DNA from: Camelus ferus
Taxonomy: Eukaryota
DNA: 64,000 nucleotides
Reading direction: 5' to 3'
Assembly: GCF_009834535.1 (NCBI RefSeq)
Contig: NC_045696.1
Coordinates: forward strand, 19,098,001 to 19,162,000
Position numbers and translations under genes: made by a program. The notes below the pieces were generated by a model. It saw only the letters and a list, made by a program, of their open reading frames with translations, was not told the DNA's origin and ran no database searches. This document shows, piece by piece, positions 50,253 through 64,000 of this stretch (positions are counted from its first letter, which is position 1; each line of letters begins with the position of its first letter).

Positions 50253-53200
50253 TTATATAAAGCAACTACAAGGGAAAATCAATAAGTTCTCCATTATGTG
50301 CAGATATTTTAATATATTTCTCTAAGTAATCGTTAGATCCAACAGGAAAAAAAAAATAGAAATGAAATACTTGAATACCACAGTTAAACAGTTTGGACGT
50401 TTGTAGAATATAGAAGCATTCATATTCTTGCTCAGCAAACAGGAAACTACCCAAAATTCATATACAGGAGGCCATGGAGCAAAGCTAAACAGAGTTCAAA
50501 TAATCCTGTCTATAATAAAATTTACAATACATTTAAAAATCTACAAAAATATAATTAACTAAACCAAATAGGTTGAGATTTTTTACTGCACTTCAACTAA
50601 TTTATGATTTAAAGAAAAATTCACAATGAAAATTAGACATTACTTAGAACTAGCATTAAAAAAATACATCTGTCAAACCACAGGAGATGGAGCCCATGTG
50701 TACTTAGCAAAAAATTTACTTAAAGATTTCATTTAGAGAGGAATGAATTAAAATGAATGAATTAGATAACTAAATGGAAAAGGTTAGAAAAGGATCCAAG
50801 TAAATGGTCAAAAGAAGAAAGGGAAAAAGAACAACAAGCTAAAAACCTAAAAAAGGGGGATTGGATATTAAGAGGAGAAACACAAATGAATTAAAAGAAA
50901 GCAAGGAGAATTGTAAAACATTAAAATTTGATTATTTGAAAAACTGGCATAAATACTAATCTCTAGATAATTACTAAGTAAGAAGAAAATAGCACATATA
51001 AATTATTTAAAAGTAGTGAGTACAGCAGAGATTTAAAATATAGCAGACATGGTATAAACTTTATACATTATATTTGAAAACAGAGATGAAATACATAGAT
51101 TCTTAGAAAATTAAAACTCCACCAAAATCAGACCCAGTATTAAGTAATGTAAACATTCTGACAATTTAAAAGTATTAAATCTGTAATTTCAAATATTCCA
51201 TTGAGAAGGAAAAAAAGTCACATTCAGATGTGTTGCAATTGAGTTTTACTTAATATTCATAGAATTGATAATTCCAATCTTACACAAACTCTTTCAGAAA
51301 TTAGATCAGAGGGCAGCCTAAGGGGGAAAAGCATGGACATTAAGCTGCAACACTTATCCTTACTCATCCCCAGGTTTATTCCATCAAGTTTTATACTGTA
51401 TTATCGAAACACATTACTAAGAAGCTGGCATGTTATCTAAGTTACAGTAAGCATTTTTGCATACTTTTGTTTTTAAAGTATAATGACAAATTTGTTATTT
51501 TTAAATACTGTATTCAACTTACATGTTTTTAAACTTTATCTTATATGTGAACACATGTTTATTTATTTACAGTATTTTAAGCCGTCACAGATAGATTGAG
51601 CAGCAATATGATTTTATTCATTTCTATAAAAATGTCCCAACAGGAGTAGATTGTGATGCAGTAAACATTGCTAATTCAAACATTTTATTGATTGCATTAT
51701 TTTGATACTTAGTCTTGATGATATAATTCTATTTAGATAATTAAAGAGATAATCTGAATTCTTAAATGGATTATACTCTGCCTGTTTGCCATTTATTAGG
51801 TACATCTTTTATCCATTTTAAATAAGTCAAGGTTGCTACTGACATTATGTTTACTCAATAGACAGAGAAGTGGGGCTTTGTAATTATTTGGTTAGCCGAC
51901 AATCAATAGGAGATTACAGGCACTGAAGTGAATTGAGGGAGAAGGTGGTGCTAAATTGTCCGTTTGGTTATGTGTATTGATCAAGTTAATAACATAACAG
52001 CAGAACCCCTACTTCCTTTTCTAATATACATTCAATTCCAAATGTTTTAGTTCATTTGCTCCCTCAAGAAATGTACAAAGGCTTATAACGATCACTTTCT
52101 CTTCCAAAATGCCTGTGTATCTCTGTATCTGTTAAGAGAGGCATCACACAGTTTTATTCGTTCTCTTTCACTTTATCCTTACCTCATTATTTACTCATTG
52201 TTCAAGACTTTGCTTTCATTTTCCTACTTTTCGATGACTAATGTCTTCCCTGTTTGGATTCCTTACCTTGTGTATCTTGATTTCTGTCATGTTATCTTAC
52301 CATTTTCCCACTATGCCTGAGGTCTTCATTCTCAGGTGATTATTGCTTGGTGGGAATTCATCGCAAAGAAAGTGAAGAGACGGATACCTTGGCTACTACT
52401 AAGACCAGCCGTGTGGTTTGGGTGTTGGCTAAAGGCAGAGCTAGCCTTGAAAATGCAGGTCTCTGCACTCTTGCCACGTTCTTCTCCACTTGTAATACAA
52501 AAAGGCAGAAATCTCCCAACACTTAATTAAAACGGAACTTCAGGTTCCTAGTTAAAACTTCTGTGGGCCTCATGATTGACTAACTTACTTAATGCATGGG
52601 TCCTGCTGTAATATACTCTATATCTGCTCCGTGATTTCAATTTTCAGCTCTTTCTGTGGCATTTGGTTGTTGTTGATTTTCCAAATTTTCCTTCCCTGCT
52701 TCCCAAATACCCAAGAACAGAAAAGCCTCAGGTTTCCTCTGCTTGCTTCAGGCTTTTCCTCTGCTTTCTTCAGGTTTTATTAGAAGGTTGATGAATATAA
52801 CCTTGGGGAAATAAAAGTACAGTAAACGGAAAAGTCCGTTGGCTTCAGAAGTTTTAACATTTAAATCGATCTTCCCTTTATTTCTACACCGCCGGATTGA
52901 ATCCCTGATGTCTCATTTTTACCCACATGGAATTAGAGCTTAGGATGTTTTAAAAGCCTTATTATCTATCTACAGATGTTAAGTCCAAACAAGGAAAGTA
53001 TGTTCCTTCACTTGGTTCATAAATAAGTTGCTTCCTTTAAAAAAATTTTAAACATATTTATTACAATAAAAATGACAATCACAAAATTAAGAGGATATGG
53101 TGAAAAAGTTTAGCTTCATAGAATAACATTCTCAAACATCTAACAGTGGCATGTAGTTCTGTAACTCTTGGGAGTAGAATATTCTACCCAAAAATGATAT

Positions 53201-54284
53201 ATTAAAATAAGTCTTGAGTCTTTAGATTTTTTTTTTGTCTTAAGGACTTACGATCTTTACACTCTGGTAGAAAAAGCAATATATTAGAGGTTATCTGAAC
53301 AAACCTTACAGCTTAACAAGATATTATATTTTCCTTGAGAGAGAAAGCAAGCAGTGTGCAGAATTGGGTCTTCTTAAGTTCATTTTTCCCTTTATATCTT
53401 GAAGAAGTTCTCTTTTTTGTGGATTCCATTATAATTCATCCATAAATGTACGAGTTTCCCTAAATCCTTACCCACAGCGCTGTTCTGTGCAGTACAGGTT
53501 CTTGCTGCGTAAAACCCAGAATTAAAAAACTGTATCTCTTGGTCTAATTAAAACCCTGATCATAGTAGGCTATTAATGCTTTGGCTAAAATTGGTTTCCC
53601 CACTGCCATCTAATTTTAAAAGTGAATGATTTCGTCACCCGCTCCTCAAATTTGCAATCTCTGGTGACCAATGCAACTACTCCATCTTTTCAGTTGAATC
53701 AACTGACAGCTGCTATGACTTCTTTTTACGTATCTTTATGGATCTTGTCCTTTTATATCACCACTAGGTGGAGCACACACTTCAAATCAAACATCAGTGA
53801 GTTCAAATCCCAGTTCATACACTTCTTCTTAGCTATGGTAGCAGGGGAGGCTGCCATTAACTTGACTTCTCCTAGTTTTACAAGTTTAGGTATTCTGCAG
53901 GAAAAGAAGAAATCAGCATAATGAAAAAGATTGCAATGTTCTAAATTTATCCTCCCATTTCAGCAAAGATTTTATACAGACCCAAGACATACAAATCTAA
54001 AAGAATAACCATTTTCACAGAGAATACTTTTTAAAAAATAAAACAAGTAAGACATTAGTAATTGTACATTTGAATTCCAGTATTTTTCTTAAGAATTTTG
54101 AGACAGATGTCATATATCACTATGAGTGGTAAGTGACTTTGGTCTAAGTACATTTTTACCGCACTGTTGAATCTAGCTCTAGAAGTCTTTGTTGATTAAG
54201 AAGATAACTTTATAAACAGTAACAGTTACCACAAAATACAATGTTTTCCTGGAGAAAACTGTCCTTCAACAAAGAAAATCTTGC

Positions 54285-54475
54285 TTTCTGAAACTGTGAG
54301 ATATCATGCAAGTTATTTCTTCTCTCTAAGCCTCAGATCCCACCTAAGTAAAATAAATATAAAAATATTATCTATTGCAATAAGATCTTGTGAAGTTTAA
54401 ATGTGATGACACATGAAAAGTGTTGGTGACTAGCAAAAATAAGGGTTTAAGAATGGTTAGTTGTTATTATTATAT
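54285..54475 (+). mobile_element. MIR SINE
   Basis: gcaagttatttcttctctctaagcctcagat...ttgtgaagtttaaatgtgatgacacatgaaaagtg. Confidence 0.7.
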
Positions 54476-55149
54476 GAGTTCTAGTTTTATTATTTAAAAA
54501 AATGTGGAATGATTAAATTTACAAACCCACAAATGTTCTTTTTCTTGAAGAGCTTTTGCTTCCCTGTGATAATTTTAAGTTATACACTACAGAAAAGGGA
54601 CCAGTTTCTTCAGAAAGTACACCATGAATAGCCAACATCTTTGATTATGAAGACTCATTGCTTCCAAGATATCTCTTGTTTTGTCTGGATTTGTTTGGCA
54701 ATGTGCAGTTAAGATCATCTTAATATGAATATTACTTAGATCACATCATAAAAATTATATTACATTTATCTTACTGCAGTACTTTAAACTCCTTGGAGAG
54801 ATGGAATAAACAAATCTCTAAAAAATATGAATTCCTTGCCACCAAATATAAAGATGCACACCCTTTGGACAAGTTGATTTTCAGCTGATTGCTTGTAAAG
54901 AAATTTCTGTTGTTTATTCTATTAGCAAGAGAAACTGAGTCATCCCTCCCCACTTCTCACTGTAATGCAGAAGAATGAGTCAGATGCCCCTTTTCAAACC
55001 ATCAGTGTTTGCAGAGTCAGCAGCCCAGTCATCTTCCAAATGGGAAAGTCAGCACTTGGAAATCTGGCAATCTTTTTGACATTTGAAATAAAATTATTCT
55101 GAACTTTATTTTTTGAAAACATAAGCTGAGCACGTTTAATCAGAGAGAA

Positions 55150-55450
55150 CACATAATTTTGCATTTTGCTTTGTTTTACTTGAAATTGTATTTAAACATT
55201 TTTCATGTGATAACAGTAGTCAGTTATAATTTTAAATGCTGTGTAATAGTCTATCAATTTATTAAAAGTCATTTAAATGAAGCTATTTTTCCAGCCTTTC
55301 ACGATTTTGATACTGTAGCAATTAGCACCTTTGTCCACATCATTTTTACTTTCTTAAAATTTCCTTAGGATAATATCTCATAATTATAATAATCAAGATA
55401 GTATAATTTTTACTACTCTTATTAAAAAATATTTTCCAGAGTTAATGGAA
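55150..55450 (-). mobile_element. L1ME-like fragment
   Basis: ttgcattttgctttgttttacttga...tttttaaatgctgtgtaatagtcta...atttccttaggata. Confidence 0.5.
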
Positions 55451-56394
55451 ACATACATCACATATTTTATTGTTTAACAGCTCATTTTATACTGTTGCCA
55501 AGTCCTGGAATAAACATATCTCTAGCATTTTATTCTATTTGACCCCCAAGAGATACTTAATACTATTCAATGCTACTTTCAATCATTATGTTTATTTTAT
55601 TTAATTTTTTTAATTATCATGTTTAACAGATAGAATGTAGTTGAGACCAAGCGTATTTGGCAGGGTCACACATAACGTAGAAAAAATATTTTTTATCTCA
55701 TATACAGGATAAGAAATTAAATTGAATTGAATTCTCATGACATATTGAGAACTGTGCTAAGATACAATATTGTTTCAACTCTTATGCCACTGTGACTATG
55801 GATGACTCTCCACTTAGTTTAATTTAAATATTGTGTCAATTAACCACCTTGTTTGATTTGTAAAGGCATATCCACCAGGGTGCTGTTCACACATTATTTC
55901 CTTTGTACAACATTGATTGATGATAGTGGACCAGAATAGGGAAAGATTTAGCTGTCTAGTAACTCTAGAATAAACGTTGTTAATTAAAGTAGTAATCTAT
56001 GTATTTATCCAATACATGTTTATTGAGTACCTATTATGTGCCCAAATCTGCACACTAGATTTATTAACAAAACTGAAGGAAAAACAACCAGTGATGGTAT
56101 TAATGTTTAAGTATTAATTTATAGCACTGTAGAGTATATTGTAATGGGAAATACATATATATACCTAAGAGTGGACTGGATTAAATAATGAATTTGACTT
56201 GAATCTTCAACATGTCATGCCATAACACTGAGAGTTTTGAAAGGGAAAAGGAGAGAAGTGACAGCAAGAATAAAGCCTCAGAAGTGAGGGGTCAGGTTTA
56301 TGGGTGGACAGTGAAACACTGGTTTAGAAATGAGCATGCTTGGGATTAAATTTTTATACATCCAGATGTATACAGATACAAGTTGGGAAATAAT

Positions 56395-56640
56395 AGAAAT
56401 AATAAACAACATTTATGTATTGAGTGCATATTCTGTAATAAGTGCTACCTCAAATATTTTACATGAATTATCTAATTTATTCTCACAGCAACCTTATGAG
56501 TGTGATATTTTTCAAGCCCATTTTACAAATGAGGAAACTGAAGATCAGATAGTTGAACTAACTGTGCCTGAGATTATATCGTTGAAAAATGACAGGACTT
56601 TGCTTTGAACACACTCCTAATATTAGAGACTGTAGTCTTA
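56395..56640 (-). mobile_element. MIR SINE
   Basis: atttatgtattgagtgc...attctcacagcaaccttatgag...cccattttacaaatgaggaaactgaag. Confidence 0.85.
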
Positions 56641-59180
56641 GGGCCACCACCTGGACATGACCAGCCTTCTCAGAGGCACAGGTGCTGGCGAGACTGACTT
56701 ATGTGTGGACGTTAGCAGGAAGTCCATTCTGCTCAAGAGAGAAAACTCACTGAAGACTAAGGAAAAGGAGGCTCCCTTTATACCTTGGATGAATTTATTT
56801 GAAAATGTGTTTGTAGTATAATTGAATTTATTGTTGCTTTAAATATACGATCATCTTTCTAAATTGCTAAATTGTTAACCTCTCCAAAATAATGTATCAT
56901 TTTGTGTACCAGGAAGATTTGGAATTGTCATTATGTTTCTTTGCCATAATTTTGTGCAAGTTACAGTTAAATAAAGAAAAAAATAAATAAGCTGGCTATG
57001 AGAGTTTAGGCATGACCAAATTATAATTAAACACATTTATTCTGCTTTATTTTTTCCCTGCAGAGATAAGTCCTTTAGGGATATTACTTAATTATCTAGA
57101 TCATAACTTTCTGTTTCTATTTACAAGTAAGAAAGTTAAGTCAATGCCGTGTGCAATGGCAGGACTGTTGTACTTACAAAATTGAACAGTTGTCTCCAAA
57201 GCCCCACCAAAGTTGACTCTCTGTCATTGCTGCAATGATAGAATCATGTCATTTAATTCTCCACTGAGATAAGAAAGTCACAGTAATGCCTCTGCTATGC
57301 TCAAGTAGGAAGGTCTTTTTGGATCTCTCCAATAAGTCATAGAAATTAATAGGTGTGTTTGAACTTGTTTGGGAATTGACTAGCCCATTCTGGTTTCGTT
57401 TTCAAAATTAATATTTGAAAAGTTTTCTTAGGTTGTATATGTGAGGTATTTGATTATATGGCAAATACTGTGTGATTAGGTTTGTGAAATAATAATTTTC
57501 TGAATTTTTTTCTTTTAATATAAAACTGAAATACAAGATCATAAATTTCCTTAGTAGGGAATTCATGATGAATACCCTCAGACCACAGATAAAAACTATT
57601 TTCTGAGATCTCATCTCCTTGGTGGCAAGTCTACAAGACAAAACTTTTCTTAAACTTAAGTTTGGGAATTGTGATTGGAATTGATATAATATTGTGTTGA
57701 TTAAAATTATATTACACAAATCAATATTAATATTAATATCACATCTGTAATAAACTACTAAAAAGCCTGATTATTCCATCGAGCATATTTGCTATTGAGA
57801 CTTAAAATTTTTTTGTTAAAAAAAATTGGTAACTTGGAGAGTTTTACTCAGTGAAGTTATAAAAACCTGAAAGTGTGGAAGATTCTATACCACAGGGAAA
57901 ACTGGAGTACTCCATATTATATAATGCAGTATAAAAGATTTTAGTAGAGGAATAAAGCTGTACTTTTACAAACCAACACTAATGGTTGTGGTAAAAAGAT
58001 GTCTACATGACTCAAAAATACTGTAACTTTTACTTTATACTAAGTTAATGAGTATCAATTAGGAAACGTAATCTCTTACCATTTACTAAAATCTGTTGCA
58101 CTTATGATTTGAATTAAATTATACATTTATACTTTATTAGTAATAAAATGTTTAACAAAAAAATGGAAATTGAAAGGAAAAAATGTGAATGTCATACCAC
58201 CAGCATTTTTACATTGTATTATATTTGGTTTATAAGATACTAGAAGGGTTATGCAATTTATCTGGTGGTGTTGGGTACTTTCACAGTCATCTTGGTTTTA
58301 TCAGGGGATATGACAACATCTAATGATTTTGATCTCTTTCACCCGAGAGTGAAAACATATAGGGCACAGTTTTATCACAGCCATTTTAAACTACTGTATT
58401 TTAAAAACAGACAGTTATTTTATAACCCAGTTCTGAAACATTTTTACTACATCTTTAACTTCTATTTGTATTAACTGACAATTAACTCTTAACAGAAACA
58501 AAGGATGAATTAAATGCTTTATTTAAACTGGCAACCAACTTCTTTATTTGAGATTGGCATGCTTTTTACTTATTTTTATATGCATAAGAAAATATTTTCT
58601 TTCCTTTGATAGAATTAATTATTTTAGAATTTTCTCTTTATCTTATTATTTGTTTATTTGTTTTTCACCTGATGTGGGGCAACCCTATGTAGAGGAAAAA
58701 GTATGGGTCTTGGGGACAAAAAACTTGAATTACTTAAACTCAAGGTTTATCATTGAGTAGCTAGGTGGCTTTATACAGATCTTGTAAACAACACAGAAAA
58801 ACCCAGGATCTTTCTGAATACTAAATGAGACAGAACAGATGAATGTAGTTTATAAAATTAAAAGGCACTACAGAATTTTTTATTATTAAACTCAGGAAGA
58901 TATATGGTTACTTGTTTTAGAGTTATGAAAAAATAAGCTAATTAAAGTAGTTCAACATTAACAATTAACTTAAATTCCCCACACATCAATCCTAAGTACT
59001 GTCAGTGCTTTGATGTGTTAGCCAGTTAGATTTTGATTTTTAGCACTACTCAGCTAAGCACTCTGCCATATTTATGCAGGATGATTTTTTGTGTGTATTT
59101 CTAATGTTTGTGAAATTACTGCAATCCAGTATCAATGTTGAAACCAAAAGACCCAAATCCCTATATTTGTAATCTAGCTT

Positions 59181-59450
59181 CAGAGGTTAGCAAACTTTCT
59201 GTCAAGGGCCAGAGAGTAGATATCTTAGGCTGCAAAGACTGCGCCTAATGTATATGCAAAGGTAGTAACTATCTTTGCTGGCATATACTCTCTGTCGCAT
59301 ATTCTTCTTAAGATTTATGTGTTTGTTTGTTTGATTTTTTTTACAATCCTTTAAAGTATAACAAACAAAACAAAAATAACCTTAATGCAATGACAGTGGA
59401 AAAACATGAGAGCTGGATATGGGTCAGGGGTCCCAATTTGCCAATCCTTG
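59181..59450. mobile_element. MER58 (C/D-like) hAT-Charlie MITE
   Basis: cagaggttagcaaactttctgtcaagggccagagagtagatatcttaggct...ctctgtcgcatattcttc...tttgccaatccttg (terminal inverted-repeat remnants). Confidence 0.85.
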
Positions 59451-61654
59451 GTCTGGTAGAGCTAATGCCATCTGGAGTGACAATACCTTAAATTCACAGG
59501 AGCAAAACTGCATTATACTTAAGCAGAGTTGACCTGCTTATCCAAGGGCAGAATATTTCTTAAAAGACCAGAGCTAATTCACATCTCTGGATATACATTT
59601 ATTTGGGAAAAATTGTTCCTTAGTTTTTTTTTTTATTTGAAAATTATATTCAAGGTGAAAAATTTCAGGAGCCAGTGAAGATGAAATCAAATTAATGTTA
59701 ATTGTTGAGAGCATATAACAATAGTTTTCATAAGGCAACGATCTAAGATTTGTATTAGAATTGATTACCACTTTGTGGATATATACAAAAGTGTTTTCTC
59801 ATTTCAGTTTCAAGTACTTTTAACAATATCATCCTGACAGAAGGCAGGTATCCAATTTCTGCATGCACATGGGAAAGAGCTACAATGATCCTATGCATTG
59901 TCGCCAAAGAGAAAAAAAAGCGGAAGTTGGAGAAGAACACATTGTATCTGGATTTAACTGCCCATAGATGCTAATTTTCAACTATATCCCAGATGGTGGT
60001 TAAATTAATAAAATCTTTCATGTGTATTTTAGAACATCAGAGAAGCCATCTGGCTATTGACTGTCACCTTAATTTTTAGTGTCTCTATTGTGAATTTTAC
60101 AGTCCAGTGTACCATTTTAATGCCAGGGAATGTTTTATCATCCATATTTAATTATTAAGTGCTTAAACGCAGTGACATTTGGAAACCAGATATGATAAGA
60201 CTGATTAAGATCATGCTCATACATGCCAAAGAGTGTGTTGGAAAAATTTTTGCAATTCAAGCCAAAAGACTATTGACCTGAAATAGGCAGGTATCTTAGT
60301 TGGAAATACTATGTAATTTGCATTATATCTCTCAGTATGACAATTCCCCAATTCGCTATGTGCATATAGACTCAGTTACAATATATTGTTAAGTTGCTTT
60401 CATAAAAATTCATGAGCATTAATTGTTGTGTGGAAAGTATAATAGATACACTCAGGGCCAAGAACTGAGAAAATTTACTGACTTGAATACAAGTTTGTTA
60501 TTTGAGGGTAAATTACAGATAATGAAGAATTCATCTGATGCTGTTACTATGCTTAAAAAATGAAGGATGCTGTATGCTTTGGATACTAATTAAAATGTAA
60601 AATCTGTCCTTGCTGTAGTTTATGATTCTTACTTTTATTCTAGAAGTTAGGAAAATATTTAAGAAGAATATCTCCCCCATCTCCTAGGTACAGTTTAAAG
60701 AAGTATAATTCTTTAATCACAATCTAGAAAGGGGTATAGCAATTTGGAATTTTATGAACTCATTTAAAATTTTATTTTGTTTATGTGAAAATACAGTTCT
60801 TTCTTGTGGTGTTTAGTGTTTGTAAAAAGCTGATGCATTTATTGATTTATTACATAAAGAAAGCATTTCATAAACATAATTTTTTAAAGTGGTATATGCA
60901 AAAAAGCAGTCTGTTTTATCATCTAGATCCTAATGTCTACTTTTAGGCAGAGCAGAGCAAGCTGTCAATACTGTGTAGGATTTCCAAGTGGGAAACAGTA
61001 AAAGATGAGACTCAGATGATCTGTCGGGGAGACCAAATACCAGGACCTATTTTAGCTAACGTTAAAATATATATATATATTACCATGGTCTAGATTGTCC
61101 ACAATGGGTCTCTGTAAAGGTAAGTGCTGGAACCAGAGAAGCAATAGTGAAATTGTTGGTACTATTAAGTAGCACTTACATTGATTTGCAGTTTCCTTTC
61201 TTCCGCCCAGCCAACTGAATAGCTCCCTAAGGGCTAAGGTGGTGTCTTACTTGTCCCTGTTTCTCCTACACTTACTGTGCTGGGTACTATTCTGAAAGCT
61301 GAACATGCTTGGTGAACTAAGCTGACCTAAGAAGCTATAACCCACATGTGGCATAGGATTCACCCTCAGAAGTTGTATACTCTCAGCAAATGAAGCCATA
61401 CCAAGAGAAAGAGCTAAGGCAGAAGAAATAATCAGAGCAGAGCTCCACCACAATTTATAGCAGAATAACTGGAATAAGATTCAAATTTGTGGTGTTGGAT
61501 TTGAGGGCAGAAGCAGCACTGGTGACAACAGGTGACCCAAAGAAGTAGAAGGTGTGGAACCAGAACAAGATCCAGTGGAAATGGTGACATTTTGCAGCAG
61601 CCCCAGAAAAAAATAAAAGAAGGTAGCCATGACTACCAGCAGTGGCCACAACAC

Positions 61655-62742
61655 TGTGAAATAAAATTCCTATTTTATGGGAAGACAAGAAAAAATTAAA
61701 TATAAAAAAGTCTTCTCCCCTCACTGGACGTTGTGTATTCACATTTTGCATCAACCAAACCCCCTTATTGGCAGGAATACTTGCTCAGCCATAAAGAGCA
61801 ACATTCTCTTAGCATCAACAAGACAACTCCTTAAAATATAACGTTCCTTCTTGAGCTCGTAAGGGGTCACATTGTTGCCAGCAATTTAGTTTCATCTCAT
61901 TGCAGAAAGAATTCAGAGATGAGAGATGGAAGTCAAGAAAGTAAAGTGGGGATTTATTAAGGGGTAGACAGTATGCTTTCAAGAGGAGAACGGGCAGACT
62001 CAGGTAAGCAGCTGCCCCCAAGTTTCTTTGGCAAGTTTGTTACATAGAGTATAAAAATAAATGGGTGATTCACTAGAGAGGGAAGGGTTTGGGGCCATAT
62101 TCCCTGATTTCTATCCCAGCTCCACTTTCTTAAAGGGAGGAGGGATTATTGTCCTTATTTAGTTTTGATCAGGAGTGTCATGGTTGGTGCATGTTGGATA
62201 CTTCTAATCTGCAAGGCTAATTTTTTGTAATGAGGGCATAATGTGCAAAAGGTTACATTTGGATGCTGGATATTCCTGCCTTCTCCCACCTTTCTTTGTC
62301 AGCCTCTAGGACACTTATCACCCCAAAATGTGTGAACACTTATCAGCCCAGAGGTTCTTGCTTTTCTTTTTCTGCTCAAGGAATGTGTTGTTCGCAAGAC
62401 GTATGGTTTCTTGCCATTTGGCCTGTACCCCTCCTTTTTCTGCCCATTCCTGCCATTGGCCTGTGTCCTTCTTTCTCTGCTCATATCTAGCTATCTACCT
62501 GCTCTAACAAGATCCCACCAGGATGACACTAAGATCCGGATTATGTACACTGTCAATAATATATCAGTTATTCTAAAACTCTCTATCTCAAAAAAACCTA
62601 AATAACTGTGCCTTGATTTCTAACCAGAGGAACAGTTGTTAGAGCTTTCTGAGATGCTCTTCTTGGGTTATAATCCTCAAATTTGGCTCAAATAATATTT
62701 TCCATTTCTTTCCTAGATCAACTGCTTAATTTTTTGTTAACA
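61655..62742 (+). mobile_element. ERV1-type (MER34/MER39-like) LTR, host of a nested LTR
   Basis: 5' half 61655-61872; 3' half 62510-62742 ending gctttctgagatgct...ggttataatcctcaaatttggctcaaataa...ttttgttaaca. Confidence 0.65.
61873..62509 (-). mobile_element. ERV1-class solo LTR (637 bp) nested in another LTR
   Basis: TG...CA termini (tgttgcca...ctctaaca), imperfect 4-bp TSD acat/agat, AATAAA on minus (tttatt ~61953). Confidence 0.85.
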
Positions 62743-63036
62743 TAGTAGTGGAGAATTAGACTGGAAGGGGCGACTCTAAGAATTCATTACTCAGGATTGG
62801 GTTGGAAGCTTCCTAAAAATTATGCCTTTTTAGGAAGTGGAGTAGAATTGGGCTAAAACTGAGTTAGGACAAAAAATGATTAGAACATTGTACAAAGACC
62901 CAAGATTACCTGACGTTGCCCAATTAAATCAGTAGGCAAGGCAAAAGGAGAATATCACAGACAATTTTCCCTCCCAAGAGAAGGTTGAACCTTGGAAAAG
63001 AATAGACATTACTCATTATCAAGGCCAGGAACTGGG

Positions 63037-63078
63037 AAATTCTGACTCAAATTCTGACTCAAATTCTGACTCAAATTC
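63037..63078. repeat. Perfect 12-bp tandem repeat (AAATTCTGACTC)x3.5
   Basis: aaattctgactc aaattctgactc aaattctgactc aaattc. Confidence 0.97.
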
Positions 63079-64000
63079 ATTTTTATGACTTTGAGGCTGA
63101 AATACAAATGCCAACATGAGATCCAGAAATCCAGAAATAGAGTCAGAGATTAAACTGGAACATATAAAATTATTTTCTAAAAATATATTTGCCCCTAGAA
63201 TATGAGAATAAATGCAGAAACATCATTGTTACCTCTTCCTACATATTACAGATAATTCAATTTTCTCAGCTACATGATGCCAATTAGGCTTTTATAATAA
63301 ATGCAGATGATTACAAATTCAGCATTTGGCTTTTCCTATGAATTATATTCAATTAACTTTGTTTATCCACATGTGACTTGCCTGTGGCAAAAGTTGGATC
63401 AGATACTATCCTTTCCCAATCTGTCAATTCAAGCCTCAGCCACTTACCTCTGCCACAAAAGTGGAGATTCAGGTAACATAAGGTAACTTACTAATATCCT
63501 AAGTGAAATATAATTAGGACCATATACCTGCCATAGTAAAACAAATTCACACTATGATTTTCAAATTCAAATAAAAATTATTTTTAAAATACTCATAAAA
63601 CATCTAAAAGAACATTTATGAGACAACATTGATTTAATCAAAAGTGGTGGAACGTAATCTGAGACTATTTCCTTATACTTATGACTTTGCCCACATTATT
63701 TTTATTTCTTTAACATTCTGAGGGGTTAAAAAAATGCATGTAACAATAATATCAAAGTCAATATTAACTTAAATTTTAATTAGCAAGTCTTTGTGTGTTG
63801 TGCATTTGTGTGCATACACACCATCTGAAAATCTAGTTGAAACAGGAAATGATGTAAGTGATTAGAAAGCGATGTCAAGAAGGAGTCATGTCAATCAGCA
63901 AACATAGGTTTTGGAGGCTAGAGTATGAATAAACTGCAACTAAGTATTCCTGTTTATAAATATGGAGTTCATTGTCTTCCTCATTGAGAGTCTTGGTCCT

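Larger units (their letters stand above)
47290..51305 (+). mobile_element. Very old L1 (L1M5/L1ME/HAL1-like) 5'/ORF1/ORF2 remnants with internal insertions
   Basis: Strongly A-rich plus strand with ORF1-like (gacctaaaagatagaccc) and ORF2-like pieces (aaatacatagattcttagaaaa; ataattccaatcttacacaaactctttcagaaa). Confidence 0.6.

Noticed and set aside
52336..52530. Possible coding exon after ttcattctcag|
   Set aside because: Two frames are open, but neither peptide is recognisable and there is no good donor.

Overview
AT-rich, CpG-poor placental-mammal genomic DNA, either gene desert or the interior of a large intron. It is probably camelid, because the only young SINE (1-103, minus strand) looks like the tRNA-Ala-derived Vic-1 SINE. 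No protein-coding gene, functional RNA gene or CRISPR-type system is supported. The ORF track is mostly chance ORFs in repeats, apart from one L1 ORF2 C-terminal remnant. The window is a mosaic of decayed transposable elements: L2, MIR, L1M, MaLR MLT1 LTRs, ERV1-type solo LTRs, MER5A/MER58/MER63/MER96-like hAT MITEs, and a ~1.8 kb BLACKJACK-like hAT transposase fossil. Several repeat-poor blocks may be conserved non-coding or regulatory sequence. The most notable details are nested insertions, an atypical tail-less L1 insertion with a hairpin filler, a triplicated AP-1 motif, a 3x ~75 bp tandem repeat and a few candidate non-coding exons. I found no convincing novel biological system. Repeat subfamily names come from recalled consensus similarity, not a database search, and most boundaries are approximate.
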